Source of the DNA: Bacteroidota bacterium | Lineage (GTDB): Bacteria > Bacteroidota > Ignavibacteria > UBA10030 > UBA8401 | Direction: 5' to 3' | Length of the DNA stretch: 64,000 nt | NCBI GenBank assembly: GCA_035506275.1 | Contig: DATJPT010000006.1 | Coordinates: forward strand, 284,635-348,634 | Shown here: piece after piece, positions 36,459-46,741 of the stretch | Layout: each line of letters opens with the position of its first letter | How positions within the stretch are numbered: the first letter of the stretch is position 1 | Made by a program: the position numbers and the translations under genes | The notes under the pieces: generated by a model | The model's database searches: none | What the model was told of the DNA's origin: nothing | The model's input: only the letters and a program-made list of their open reading frames with translations

Positions 36459-38114
36459 ATGCGGTGTGATTGGAGCAAGCTTTTAGGGAAGCTAATTTCC
36501 GTTTCTTTTGCGGCAACGCTCTCCTTTGCGCAGACGGCAACGACTCCCTCCGGGAGCGGCACGGCCGGCGATCCCTACCTGATCGATTCACTCAGCAATC
36601 TCTATTGGGTGACGCAAAACTCAACGTCGTGGAGTTCGTTCTTCCGGCAAACTGCGGACATCGATGCGTCGGCGAGTTCCGGATGGAATTCCGGCAGCGG
36701 CTTCGCGCCGATCGGGGGGCAGTCGACCAGTTTCGACGGCACCTATGACGGTAATGGGCACACGATCGACAGCCTCTATATCTCCAACAGCAATAACGAC
36801 TATATCGGCATGTTCGGGCTCGTCTCGGACGGCACGATCCGGAATCTCCGGCTCACCAATGAGAACATCACAGGGGGGAGCGAAGTGGGAGGGCTCGTCG
36901 GGATGTCAACCGGAAGCGGATCCTCGCTGATCGACAGTTGCTCGACCGGCGGGGTCATTACCGGGAGCGACTCACAGGAAACCGGCGGTCTCGTCGGCAT
37001 GGCGACGGCTGCCTCGACGATAAGAAACTGTTACAGCTCCGCGCTCGTGAACGGCGCGAACTTGGTCGGGGGACTTGTCGGCCACAATGACCAGGGGACC
37101 GTGATTAGTAACTGCTACAGTACCGGGAGCGTCAACGGAAGCGGCAGCGGGATTGGAGGCCTCGTCGGTTACAACACCTACACGTCCCCTGCCAACGCGC
37201 AGATCGTAAATAGTTACGCTATCGGCAAACTCATCGGGAGCGGCGTCTCGCAGGTCGGCGGACTTGTCGGCGGGAACGGCGCGACGATCAGCAACAGTTT
37301 CTGGAATACCGATTCCTCCGGGTCGACGGGCGTCGGGGCGGGTTCCGGCTCCGGTGCAACAGGAGCAACTTCGGGCCAGATGCAAACTCTCTCGACGTTC
37401 ACCGGCGCCGGATGGGATTTTGTTCTCGAGACTGCCAACGGAACGAATGACTATTGGGATATGGATACCACTCACAAGGCCATCAACCATGGATATCCGT
37501 TCCTCTCGTGGGAGGACCACGATACCATCGCCCTTCCGGTCGAGCTGACGGCGTTCGCCGGAACCTCGACGGGGGCTGATGCGGTACTCAGCTGGAAGAC
37601 GGCAACGGAGGTGCAGAATGCAGGGTTCGAAATTGAGAGAATGACCGACAAGCAACCAACGGCGGCGAACAGCTGGAAACGTGTAGGGTTTGTCGGAGGG
37701 GCGGGAACGTCGAACGCCCCGCACAATTACTCCTTCACCGATAACGTCGGATCGTCGGGAAGCTATTCATACCGGCTGATGCAGATCGACAGGAACGGCG
37801 CGTTCACCTATTCTCAGACTGTCACCGTCAACGTTGCCGCCGGACCGAGAATCTTCTCGCTCGGTCAGAATTATCCGAATCCGTTCAACCCCTCGACGAC
37901 GATCCAATTCACGGTGCCGGAAGACGGAAGGGCGAGCTTGAAGATCTACGACGCGATCGGGCAGGAAGTCGCGACGCTTTTCAATAGCGGGGCGAAGGCG
38001 GGAGAATACCACCAGGCGACGTTCGACGCATCCCGGCTCGCGAGCGGGATATATTTTGCTCGGCTGGAATTCGGCGGGACAATGCTGACGAAAAAAATGA
38101 TGCTGTTAAAATAG
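36459..38114 (+). CDS. secreted T9SS cargo protein with GLUG-motif repeats
   Basis: About 550 aa; RBS AAAGGAG before ATG 36459. Signal peptide, then many GGLVG(M/H/Y) repeats (GLUG motif, pfam07581). CTD GQNYPNPFNPSTTIQFTVPEDGRASLKIYDAIGQEV...KMMLLK. Confidence 0.7.
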   Translation: MRCDWSKLLGKLISVSFAATLSFAQTATTPSGSGTAGDPYLIDSLSNLYWVTQNSTSWSSFFRQTADIDASASSGWNSGSGFAPIGGQSTSFDGTYDGNGHTIDSLYISNSNNDYIGMFGLVSDGTIRNLRLTNENITGGSEVGGLVGMSTGSGSSLIDSCSTGGVITGSDSQETGGLVGMATAASTIRNCYSSALVNGANLVGGLVGHNDQGTVISNCYSTGSVNGSGSGIGGLVGYNTYTSPANAQIVNSYAIGKLIGSGVSQVGGLVGGNGATISNSFWNTDSSGSTGVGAGSGSGATGATSGQMQTLSTFTGAGWDFVLETANGTNDYWDMDTTHKAINHGYPFLSWEDHDTIALPVELTAFAGTSTGADAVLSWKTATEVQNAGFEIERMTDKQPTAANSWKRVGFVGGAGTSNAPHNYSFTDNVGSSGSYSYRLMQIDRNGAFTYSQTVTVNVAAGPRIFSLGQNYPNPFNPSTTIQFTVPEDGRASLKIYDAIGQEVATLFNSGAKAGEYHQATFDASRLASGIYFARLEFGGTMLTKKMMLLK

Positions 38115-38130
38115 CGCCAGTTCTTGTTCG

Positions 38131-38176
38131 GCAAAACAGGCGAGCCCGGATGATGAGTCCGGGCTTGCTGTTTTAA
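38131..38176 (+). terminator. Rho-independent terminator after the GLUG gene
   Basis: AACAGGCGAGCCCGGA-tgatgag-TCCGGGCTTGCTGTTTT. Confidence 0.6.
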
Positions 38177-38282
38177 GGGCTACACAGAATGATGATATGG
38201 ATGATGGTCAAACGATATAGGTTCTTTGAAGGGATCGATGTGCCCCTTACTCCATTGCATAGTAGGAGAGTCTCCACTCTCA

Positions 38283-38303
38283 TTCCCAACGTCTCGTTGG
38301 GAA
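38283..38303. repeat. solitary REP hairpin of the RAYT-associated family
   Basis: TTCCCAACGTCTCGTTGGGAA, identical core to the REPs flanking the RAYT gene at 60.7-61.6 kb. Confidence 0.6.
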
Positions 38304-38772
38304 TGCCAATTTCTGACACTCCCTTTCAGCGGGCTGGGTTACGTTCCCGATCGAAGATCGGAAGCGAGGGAACTCCTCTCCCAACAAGCTCGGAGGCGGG
38401 GCTGCAACACTTCTATCCTCTTCATAAATGTCTTGACAATAGCCCTGAAAAGGAAGTATCTTAACCCGAACATAACGCTATAAGAACAACCGACTTCCTG
38501 GGGAAGACGACGGGGCGGTTGAGCTGAGGATATCAAAAGACCTCCGGATTTCCGGTTCACGGAATGAAGGAGGTCTTCGTTTTTTTGGGGGATGCAAAAG
38601 GCCTTTTCTGTGCCCAGGATCGGCGGAGAAGTTCTCAACGGACAAGCAGACAGCCGGCGTGCGTCATCACGCCAATGTCCTGCCGATCCATGCTCATGCG
38701 GCGAACAAATTATTCAACTTCAATCCCCGCTGGCTCACACGTCAACACTCATCAACTCGAAGGAGAAGAATA

Positions 38773-39789
38773 ATGCTCTCATTATACCGCGGTTCAACTC
38801 TCATTGTGATCGTCGCCTGCTTCCTTGCAGCGTTCGGCGGATGCAAGAAGAACGACTCGACCACGAATCCAGTAAACGCTCCCCTCTATAACGTCACCGC
38901 CACGGTCGTCAATCCGCAAGGACAACCGCAGGGGGGCGCCACGCTCGCGCTGCAAAACCCCCCGGCCGAAAGCGGTACTTTCTCCGCGATAACCGACAGC
39001 ACCGGAAAAGCGACCATCGAATCGCCTTCCGGACAGCATACGATCATCGCGTCGATAGGGACGGTCTTTCAGGCGACCCTGACCGTGAACGTCAGCGCGA
39101 GCGCCTCGGGCACAGTGGTCACCACACCGCTCCACTTGCAGCAGAACACGACCCTCGGGAGAGTTCTCGTCGTAACGGCGGATGCGGAGCAGTTGGAGGA
39201 CGTTCTGCGCGTGATCGGATACACGGCCTTCGATTCTGTTTACATTGACACTCTGGAAGAGGAAGCGAACATCGATTCCACGAAAGTCCTAAACTATCTG
39301 AAGCAATACACGCTGGTCTTTTCGGATTGCGACGGAGGTACGGAAGGGGATGATGAATATGCGGCCCTCTCAAGAACGTACGGCAGGTATATCCAGGGGG
39401 GCGGGAAAATGTACGGCGGGCATTACAACTATTACCACCTCGAACGGATCTGGCCGCCGTACTATATGCTGGAGGACAGTCAGGACAACCCTGCAGAGGA
39501 TTCCATCAGGATCGTCAGCCCGCCGCTCGCCGGTTATGTAGGGTTCACCGTCGCAAGCTGGGATTCATCAGGCGATTCCAGGGAGCTCTCCGGGTATGAG
39601 CATTTCACAGACCTGCCTCCGACCTCTGTCGTTTATGCGACGATCTCCTGGACCAACCCGAGGATCGCCGTCATCGTCGAGAACCATCTCGGAAGCGGAA
39701 AGTTTCTCTGGACAGACTACCACAATCAGGACATCAAGGATGTCGCACATCTTGTAAAGATCGTGCAGTACTTCCTTCTGAACCTGTAG
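38773..39789 (+). CDS. hypothetical lipoprotein
   Basis: RBS aggagaag before ATG 38773; lipobox LAAFGGC. An N-terminal beta-sandwich-like region (YNVTATVVNPQGQP...) and no catalytic motif recognised. The track start at 38659 lies upstream. Confidence 0.5.
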   Translation: MLSLYRGSTLIVIVACFLAAFGGCKKNDSTTNPVNAPLYNVTATVVNPQGQPQGGATLALQNPPAESGTFSAITDSTGKATIESPSGQHTIIASIGTVFQATLTVNVSASASGTVVTTPLHLQQNTTLGRVLVVTADAEQLEDVLRVIGYTAFDSVYIDTLEEEANIDSTKVLNYLKQYTLVFSDCDGGTEGDDEYAALSRTYGRYIQGGGKMYGGHYNYYHLERIWPPYYMLEDSQDNPAEDSIRIVSPPLAGYVGFTVASWDSSGDSRELSGYEHFTDLPPTSVVYATISWTNPRIAVIVENHLGSGKFLWTDYHNQDIKDVAHLVKIVQYFLLNL

Positions 39790-39896
39790 CGTGAATTTTG
39801 GTACGGATGCGGGAGGAGCGTGGCAAGAAATGAACCACCCGAACTGCAACCAATTAACAAGCCGCGGGAGAGTCTCGACGATTCTCCCGCGAATTA

Positions 39897-40454
39897 TTAT
39901 CCGTTCGTCTTTGGCAGTGAATGGATGAACGCTTCTCCTGCCTGCACGCCGAGACCGACCCCTGTGCCGATCAGAACGCCGTCGATAAAATTATCCCTGA
40001 ACACCGACGGCGGAATGGCGGAGACGTTCTGGAGTACGCCGACGATCATCGTCAGCAGAACGAACATCGTCCCGTAGACCAGCCCGATCACGATGAATTT
40101 TCCCCAGCTGAATGCCGCAAGCCGGCGCTCGAAGACGAACGCCAGCCACACCACCGGCAAGTTCACTCCGAACGACCAGAACCCCGAATAGAGCACCGGC
40201 ATCGACGCCGTTGCGACGATGAACTGCACCGCGCTCGTGCACACCGCCGCCGTGATCGCTTCCGACAACCCGCGAATGTGGTAGAAGGCGAAGATGAACG
40301 CCCCGGTCAGGCCGAACGCGATATAGGCGAAATAAATGTCCCTGTAATTGAAGACTTCGGTGCCGTGCATGATCAGCCCGACTGTCATGCTGCCGAGAGC
40401 ACCGGTGACGGTAATAAGGCCAAGCTTCCACAATTGTCTGAAAATGTCCTTCAT
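39897..40454 (-). CDS. hypothetical integral membrane protein (5-6 TM, small-transporter-like)
   Basis: 185 aa; strong SD (AGGAGG) before the ATG; hydrophobic throughout. The family is not confidently recognised. Confidence 0.45.
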   Translation of the reverse strand: MKDIFRQLWKLGLITVTGALGSMTVGLIMHGTEVFNYRDIYFAYIAFGLTGAFIFAFYHIRGLSEAITAAVCTSAVQFIVATASMPVLYSGFWSFGVNLPVVWLAFVFERRLAAFSWGKFIVIGLVYGTMFVLLTMIVGVLQNVSAIPPSVFRDNFIDGVLIGTGVGLGVQAGEAFIHSLPKTNG

Positions 40455-40646
40455 GAATTCCTCCTTCTCCGATGTAGAGATCGGTTGTTCAATGCCGCGA
40501 TGTCTCCCCGGCCGCAGGGGGAAAATCAGGCGGCGCTTGCGGCGGGAATATGTGATTATTTTAGAGTATTGTCAATTAATTCTGTGCGATGGAGTGTCCC
40601 ATTTTCGGCATGCATAGCTCAGACATTCTTCTCCGACTAGTTCTGT

Positions 40647-40668
40647 GGACAGGCAAGAATGCCTGTCC
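40647..40668. repeat. perfect 22-bp palindrome GGACAGGCAAGAATGCCTGTCC in a divergent intergenic region
   Basis: Identical to the copy at 10603-10624. A degenerate partner, ctcagacattcttctccgac, lies at 40619-40638. Confidence 0.6.
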
Positions 40669-40829
40669 TGCGGACACAAATTCCTCAATGAACCACTCCC
40701 CGCGCAGCCCAAACCAATGCAACCCCCGCAGTTGATAAATCAAACGGCAATCACGATATTGCATGGAACGGAGCATTGAAACGTATTTTTCGGGAGCCGG
40801 CGAGACCGCTCCTCTGAGCAACGGCACTG

Positions 40830-43031
40830 ATGACCTTCCTCAATCCTTTTGTCCTTTTCGGCCTGGCGGCGGCAGGAATCCCCATTCTTCTCCATCTGCT
40901 GAATATCCGGAAGCTCAGGAAAATTGAATTCAGCACGCTGACTTTTCTCAAGGAATTGCAGAAGAACACGATGCGGAGAGTGAAGATTCGCCAATGGCTC
41001 CTCCTGCTTCTGCGGACGCTGATCATCATCTTTGTCGTCATCGCATTTTCGCGCCCCGCCCTCCGCGGAACGCTCGCCGGCCTCGGAACGCATGCCCGCA
41101 CCACGGTCGCCGTTATCCTCGACGATTCGTACAGCATGACCCTCCGCGGCGAGCACGGCCCCTTTTTGAAGCAGGCGCAATCGTCAGCCCTTGCGATTGC
41201 CGATCTGTTGAAAGAGGGGGACGATGCGCTCTTCATCCGGCTTTCAGACCTTCCGGCTGCGACGATCGCCGAGCCGACCCACGATATCCGCCAGCTCCGG
41301 CGGGAGATCGAGCAGACGCAAGCGAGCTATAAACACCGGACGGTCGAGGAGGGGCTCCAATGCGCTCTGCGGTACCTCGGCATGTCAAAGAATTTTAACA
41401 AGGAAATTTACATCTTCACCGACAACCAGAAAACCAGCGTTCTCGGCAAGTCCTCCGCCGGGAACGGAATGCAGCCAAATTTTCCCCTCGACCCGAACAT
41501 CAGGATTTTTTTCGTCCCACTCACGGACCGCCCGTTTGAGAATATCGGCGTCGTAAAAATAGAGATTCCGCCGACCCTTTTTCAAAAGGGGAAGCCCTTC
41601 ATAGTGAAGGCCGATGTCCGTAATTTCGGGACTGCCCCGGCGCAGAATCGTCTCGTCAATCTGTACCTCGACGGAGTGCGGGTGATGCAAAAGAGCGTGA
41701 CTGTCGACGGGGGAAGAGAAACCGCTGTCGAGTTTACCGCTGTCCCCCGGCGTACCGGATATGTTTCCGGAAGGATCGAGCTTGAGGACGATGCGTTCGA
41801 CGAGGACAACTCCCGCTCGTTCACCGTCGACGTCCCGAAGCGTATCGCCGTCCTTCTTTCGTCGTCCGACCCGAAAAGCTCGACCTACCTCCGACTCGCA
41901 TTGACCGCTCACAACGAAGACGAGGCTTCAACGCCGGTGGCGCTGACGGAGGTCTCGCCGCAGCAAATAACGTACTCCGCCCTCGCCCAAGCGGATGTCG
42001 TCGTTCTTTCCAATGTCGCGTCGCTCTCGCCGCTGCAGGCAGACCAGCTGAGTGAATTCGCCGCCGGCGGAGGGGGGATCATACTTCTTCCGGGAAATCT
42101 GCTCAACGTCGATCAGTATAACTCCTCCCTCCTGCCGAAGCTCGGCCTTCCGCAGCTCATGCCGTTCGACAGCAAAAGGGGGCCGGGGACCTACCGATCC
42201 TTCGAGAAAATAGACTTCAATCATCCTGTTTTCCAGGGAATGTTCGAAACTGCCTCCGGCGGGCAAATGGAAAAAAAGGGGGTAGAGTCGCCGCGGGTCA
42301 TGACGTCGGTCCGGTTCGCTTCCGAAAAAGAACTCCGCTCGATCATTGCGCTTTCGGACGGCACGCCGTTTCTTTGGGAAAAAATTTCGGCCGGGAGGGC
42401 AGCGGCACGGATGCTCGGATTTTCAACGGCGGCGAATGCCGAATGGTCAGATTTTCCCCTCAAGGGAATTTTTGTACCGCTGTTGTATCAGACGATCCTG
42501 TACGCAGCGTCCGGAGGTAGCTCGATCATCGCCCAGCCGTCGCTGAACGCCGGAGACAGGGTCGACGTGCCTCTTTCAACATTAACCAGGAGAAACGGGG
42601 GGACGTCCGAAGGCCAGTCACCGGTATTTCGCATGCTGGATCCCGAAGGGAAAGAAACACTGCTCCCCCCGACCGCGGTCCGGCCGCAGAGAAATTCTCC
42701 GCGGGTAATTTCATTCGACGGCACGGAGCAGCCGGGAATTTATACTCTTCTTCGGGAAAAAGATACTGTGCAGCAGATCGCCGTGAACGTCGACCCGGCC
42801 GAATCGGCTCCCGAGAGGGCGACCTCGGCCGAGGTGATGACGATGCTCGGGCAAATCGGCTTCGAGCGGAAAGCAGTCTCGGTCGTCGGCGATCCGGGAA
42901 CGCTCGGCGCTGTCGTCCTCCAAAGCAGGTTCGGCGTGGAATTGTGGAGTTATTTCCTCGCCGCCGCGCTTATCACAGCCCTTATTGAAATGATCGTTGC
43001 GCGCGAACCGCAGCAGGAAGGAACCGCATGA
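40830..43031 (+). CDS. BatA-like membrane protein (aerotolerance-regulator N-terminal domain + vWA domain + long extracytoplasmic region + C-terminal TM)
   Basis: 733 aa; the N-terminus MTFLNPFVLFGLAAAGIPILLHLLNIRKLRKIEFSTLTFL matches the BatA_N domain. VAVILDDSYSM is a vWA MIDAS-like motif. C-terminal TM helix LWSYFLAAALITALIEMIV. Confidence 0.6.
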   Translation: MTFLNPFVLFGLAAAGIPILLHLLNIRKLRKIEFSTLTFLKELQKNTMRRVKIRQWLLLLLRTLIIIFVVIAFSRPALRGTLAGLGTHARTTVAVILDDSYSMTLRGEHGPFLKQAQSSALAIADLLKEGDDALFIRLSDLPAATIAEPTHDIRQLRREIEQTQASYKHRTVEEGLQCALRYLGMSKNFNKEIYIFTDNQKTSVLGKSSAGNGMQPNFPLDPNIRIFFVPLTDRPFENIGVVKIEIPPTLFQKGKPFIVKADVRNFGTAPAQNRLVNLYLDGVRVMQKSVTVDGGRETAVEFTAVPRRTGYVSGRIELEDDAFDEDNSRSFTVDVPKRIAVLLSSSDPKSSTYLRLALTAHNEDEASTPVALTEVSPQQITYSALAQADVVVLSNVASLSPLQADQLSEFAAGGGGIILLPGNLLNVDQYNSSLLPKLGLPQLMPFDSKRGPGTYRSFEKIDFNHPVFQGMFETASGGQMEKKGVESPRVMTSVRFASEKELRSIIALSDGTPFLWEKISAGRAAARMLGFSTAANAEWSDFPLKGIFVPLLYQTILYAASGGSSIIAQPSLNAGDRVDVPLSTLTRRNGGTSEGQSPVFRMLDPEGKETLLPPTAVRPQRNSPRVISFDGTEQPGIYTLLREKDTVQQIAVNVDPAESAPERATSAEVMTMLGQIGFERKAVSVVGDPGTLGAVVLQSRFGVELWSYFLAAALITALIEMIVAREPQQEGTA

Positions 43032-44362
43032 TCGATCTCGTCCGGGATCAAAAAGAGCGTGCCATCGTCGTCGGGCTGGTCAGCAGAAGCGTTCCCAAGC
43101 TTCAGGCTGCGGAATATCTCGACGAGCTGTCGCTCCTCGCCGATACCGCAGGCGCGGTGGTGGTCCACCGGATCATGCAGGAGCGGAACAAGGTCGATCC
43201 GGCATTCTACATCGGGAAAGGAAAGGTCGAGCAGCTCGCGCAGCTCGTGGAAGACGACGACATCGCCAGCGTCATCTTCGACGACGACCTTTCTCCCGCC
43301 CAGGTCAGGAACCTGGAGACGAACATCAACAGGAAAATTCTCGACCGGAGCGGGCTGATCCTCGATATTTTTGCCAGCCGCGCGAAGACCAACGAGGCGC
43401 GCACGCAGGTGGAGCTGGCCCAGCTGCAGTACCTCCTCCCCCGCCTGACGCGCGCGTGGACGCATCTCTCGAAACAATTCGGCGGCATCGGGACCAAGGG
43501 TCCCGGCGAGACCCAGATAGAAACCGACCGCCGGATGATCAGGCAGCGAATTTCGCACCTCGAGGAAAAACTCGAAAAGATCGGACGGCAGCGCGAAACC
43601 CGGCGGAGCGGGCGAAAGGATTTCGTGAACGTCTCGCTTGTCGGCTACACGAATGCCGGCAAATCGACGCTGCTCAATGCGCTCACCGATTCGGATGTCT
43701 TCGTCGAGAACCGTCTCTTTGCCACGCTCGATACCACAACGCGCACGGCGGTGCTTTCGCCTTCCACCAAGATCCTCCTTTCCGACACGGTCGGTTTCAT
43801 CCGGAAGCTTCCCCATCATCTTGTCGCATCGTTCAAAGGGACGCTTGAAGAAGTTATCGAGGCCGACATTCTCCTCCATGTGATCGACGTTTGTCACCCG
43901 AAATTCGACGAGCAAATTCGCGTCGTCATTTCCACGCTGGAGGAACTTGGCGCAGCGGGGAAGCCGACCCTTTACGTCTTCAACAAGATCGACGCCCTGC
44001 AAGACCGTGAACATTTGCAGGAACTGCAGCGTCAGTTTATTCCTTCGGTGTTCATATCAGCCGAGCGGGGAATAAACCTCCTCGGGCTGAAGGAAATGAT
44101 CCTGAGGACGATCCATCATTCCCGCATCGACCTGACGTTTTCCATCGCGCACACCGAACATAAATTGCTTTCCGCGCTGCACGACCTTGCGGAGATCGAA
44201 GAGAGAGTCTATGAAGACGGCAGCGTGATCGTGAAGGCGAAAGTGAGCAGCCGCAATATCAACCATGTGCGGGAGGTCTTGAAACAGGCGCACGCGACGA
44301 TCATCTCTTTCCAGGCCCCGCATGAACAGCGCGAACCTTCAAAGTCGGGCGATGATGAGTGA
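43028..44362 (+). CDS. hflX: GTPase HflX
   Basis: 444 aa; HflX N-terminal domain, G1 VGYTNAGKSTLLNALT, G3 DTVGF, G4 NKID. The start overlaps the upstream stop (ATGA). Confidence 0.9.
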   Translation: MIDLVRDQKERAIVVGLVSRSVPKLQAAEYLDELSLLADTAGAVVVHRIMQERNKVDPAFYIGKGKVEQLAQLVEDDDIASVIFDDDLSPAQVRNLETNINRKILDRSGLILDIFASRAKTNEARTQVELAQLQYLLPRLTRAWTHLSKQFGGIGTKGPGETQIETDRRMIRQRISHLEEKLEKIGRQRETRRSGRKDFVNVSLVGYTNAGKSTLLNALTDSDVFVENRLFATLDTTTRTAVLSPSTKILLSDTVGFIRKLPHHLVASFKGTLEEVIEADILLHVIDVCHPKFDEQIRVVISTLEELGAAGKPTLYVFNKIDALQDREHLQELQRQFIPSVFISAERGINLLGLKEMILRTIHHSRIDLTFSIAHTEHKLLSALHDLAEIEERVYEDGSVIVKAKVSSRNINHVREVLKQAHATIISFQAPHEQREPSKSGDDE

Positions 44363-44587
44363 TGAGATAACTGGCGCCATTTCAAAAACCCAGATCTTGT
44401 CATTCCGAGGAGCGCAGCGGCGAAGAATCCACCTCACGGCAGCAGCACAGAAAGATGAAGGTTCGCTGTCGTAGACCCTTCGCTCCGCTCAGGGTGACAT
44501 GCCGTACTGGTGCACTCGGCTCGATCTTTGTCAGAATAACAATACAAAGGATTTTTGAGATAGCTTCTAGGAAGTCACGGCATCGCT

Positions 44588-44622
44588 TGTAAGGAATAAA
44601 AAAAGTCCGACGCGAAGCACGC
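44588..44622 (-). terminator. Rho-independent terminator after the 519-aa T9SS gene
   Basis: On the minus strand: AAGTCCGGCGCGTGCTTCGCGTCGGACTTTTTTTATT. Confidence 0.55.
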
Positions 44623-44651
44623 GCCGGACTTAGACAATCCGTAAAACAAAG

Positions 44652-46211
44652 CTACTTCAACAGCAGCATCTTCTTGATCTGCACCTTCCCTCCAAACTCC
44701 AGCTGCGAAAAATAGATCCCGCTTGCGAGGTTCGATGCGTTGAACTGAACCTGATGATAGCTCCCGGCTGCAGCGTTGCCGTTGAACAGCGTCGCCACTT
44801 CCTGACCGAGGATGTTGTATACTTTGAGAACCGCCCGACCGTTCGACGGTACGGTGAATTGAATGATCGTCGACGGGTTGAAAGGATTCGGGTAGTTCTG
44901 CGACAGGGCGAACTGCAAGGGGATGCCGGCGGCACCCGAGGCTACACCGGTTGCCGTATTTGCGTAGATGGTGTAGATCGTGCAGGCGTTGTAATAGCTG
45001 TAGTCTCCGACTCCGTCGGAAAAATAGAGGTTTCCGTCAGCCGGAACCCAAAGGGAATCCTGCCATACTTCAAAGCTGGCGCTCGTCTCAAGTCCGTCGG
45101 AATCGTACAAGTATGAGGTCCGGTCGACATTCATCCATCGGCCGTTCGTCCATTGTTCATCCAGCTGTGTCAACGAGTTTCCGTTCGCATCATACGAGTA
45201 CGCAGTACTATCGAAGTTCACCCATTGGCTGTTCGTCCACTGTTTCTCCGATTGCGACAACGTTTGTCCAAATGCATTGTAGGTGTATACGGAGCTATCG
45301 ACGTTCGCCCATTCGCTGTTCCCCCATTGTTGGTTCACTTCCTCGAAAACCTCTCCGGTCGTGTAGTACTTGTAGGTCGTTCTCTCGACGTTAACCCATT
45401 GGCTGTTCGTCCACTGTTCAGTCAGCCCCGACAGGATTCTTCCGTTCGAACCGGCGGTATTGGTGTAGCGAAGGTCGTTGACCCATTGGCCGTTCGTCCA
45501 GACCTCTTTCAATACCGAGGACGTATTCCCGTACTCATCATATTCGTACGTATCGCGCCAGTCGCTCACCCACTGGCCGTTCGTCCAAAGATTCTCCCAG
45601 ACAGAGAAGAGGTTCCCGAATACATCGTAGGAATACGCCACGCTGTCAACGCTGACCCAATCTCCGTTTGTCCATTGTTCATGTACCCGCGCGATCTCAT
45701 CCCCGGAAAAATCGAACGTATATGTCACGCTGTCGACATTGACCCATTGGCCGAGCGCCCAATCCTCAAGCACTTCTGTCAACTCATATCCGGCCTCAGC
45801 ATAGAAGTAGCGGCAAGAGTCAACCCACTCGCCGTCGATCCATTTCTTCACAGAAATGGAGACCACCGATCCAAATGCATCGTGCGCAAACGTATATCTT
45901 GTCGTATCATATGTGCTGACGGCAGTGACGGTGTCGATGACATAAAATGCGGCCCCGGACGATCGGGAAGGGTTCAATACGCCGGTCCGGATCTTTTTGG
46001 CGAATGCGGAAACGGCAGGCATTTCCCGCACGTTGAGGGGTCCTCCTCGAGCGCCGGAAAAAAATGGGAGCGGCGGTACCCTCGCCCCGCCTCCGGGGTG
46101 ATTCGATTCACGCGGATCGCTTTTCGGCTCCTGCGAATAAGCCTCGCATGTGGACAATACCGTCAACAGAACGAAACCAAGAATGCTGACGACGGTGATC
46201 ATTTTTCCCAA
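44652..46211 (-). CDS. secreted T9SS cargo protein with ~23-aa Trp-rich tandem repeats (E.WTNGQWVNVDS..Y.YD..GN)
   Basis: 519 aa; signal peptide, at least 8 tandem repeats (QWTNGQWVS/N...), CTD ...QNYPNPFNPSTIIQFTVPSNGRAVLKVYNILGQEV...KMLLLK. Confidence 0.65.
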   Translation of the reverse strand: MGKMITVVSILGFVLLTVLSTCEAYSQEPKSDPRESNHPGGGARVPPLPFFSGARGGPLNVREMPAVSAFAKKIRTGVLNPSRSSGAAFYVIDTVTAVSTYDTTRYTFAHDAFGSVVSISVKKWIDGEWVDSCRYFYAEAGYELTEVLEDWALGQWVNVDSVTYTFDFSGDEIARVHEQWTNGDWVSVDSVAYSYDVFGNLFSVWENLWTNGQWVSDWRDTYEYDEYGNTSSVLKEVWTNGQWVNDLRYTNTAGSNGRILSGLTEQWTNSQWVNVERTTYKYYTTGEVFEEVNQQWGNSEWANVDSSVYTYNAFGQTLSQSEKQWTNSQWVNFDSTAYSYDANGNSLTQLDEQWTNGRWMNVDRTSYLYDSDGLETSASFEVWQDSLWVPADGNLYFSDGVGDYSYYNACTIYTIYANTATGVASGAAGIPLQFALSQNYPNPFNPSTIIQFTVPSNGRAVLKVYNILGQEVATLFNGNAAAGSYHQVQFNASNLASGIYFSQLEFGGKVQIKKMLLLK

Positions 46212-46260
46212 ATGGCATCTCCTTCTCCTGTTGAAATCGCCCGCCGGAACCTGCGGAACA

Positions 46261-46372
46261 TTATTTCAACAGCATCATTTTTTTGATCTGGACCTTGCCG
46301 CCAAACGCCAGCTCCGAAAAATAGATCCCGCTGGACAGATTCGATGCGTTGAACTGGACCTGAACACCCCAC
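46261..46372 (-). pseudogene. remnant of a T9SS C-terminal sorting domain (last ~35 codons only)
   Basis: The reverse strand encodes ...VQVQFNASNLSSGIYFSELAFGGKVQIKKMMLLK*, near-identical to the C-terminus of the gene at 44652-46211. Upstream homology ends abruptly. Confidence 0.55.
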
Positions 46373-46741
46373 CGATTTACAGAAAAACGGAGCGTTGCCA
46401 GTATGCGACGAACGGATTGCTTATAGTGCTTACGAAATCTTGGAGCTTATCTTTGAAAAGGCATATTCAGAGGAGGGGTGTCACTGGGAATGAAAGTTAG
46501 GGGTTACTGCGAGAATGTCAAGCCCGCCACGGCTGTTGTGCGAAGCAGCAGTTGGGCCGGCTCGCTCCGGGGCGGTGAAGTTTGAGAATTTCCCCTCGCG
46601 CTCCGGTTATTTGTCATTCGGCTGAAAATATCGAGAACGAGATCCATTCCGTTCGCGATCGGAGATTGAGAACGAGTGAATCCGTCCCCTAAAAGCCGCG
46701 ATTGCGGGCCTGGAACGGTCCCCCTTGCGCTGGGTGTCTCA

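Noticed and set aside
40455-40640. Long structured-looking 5' leader upstream of the 185-aa membrane-protein gene (possible riboswitch for a small transporter)
   Set aside because: I could not match it to any riboswitch consensus I know (preQ1, THF, TPP, FMN). Much of its apparent structure is explained by the CATTCTTG palindrome family.
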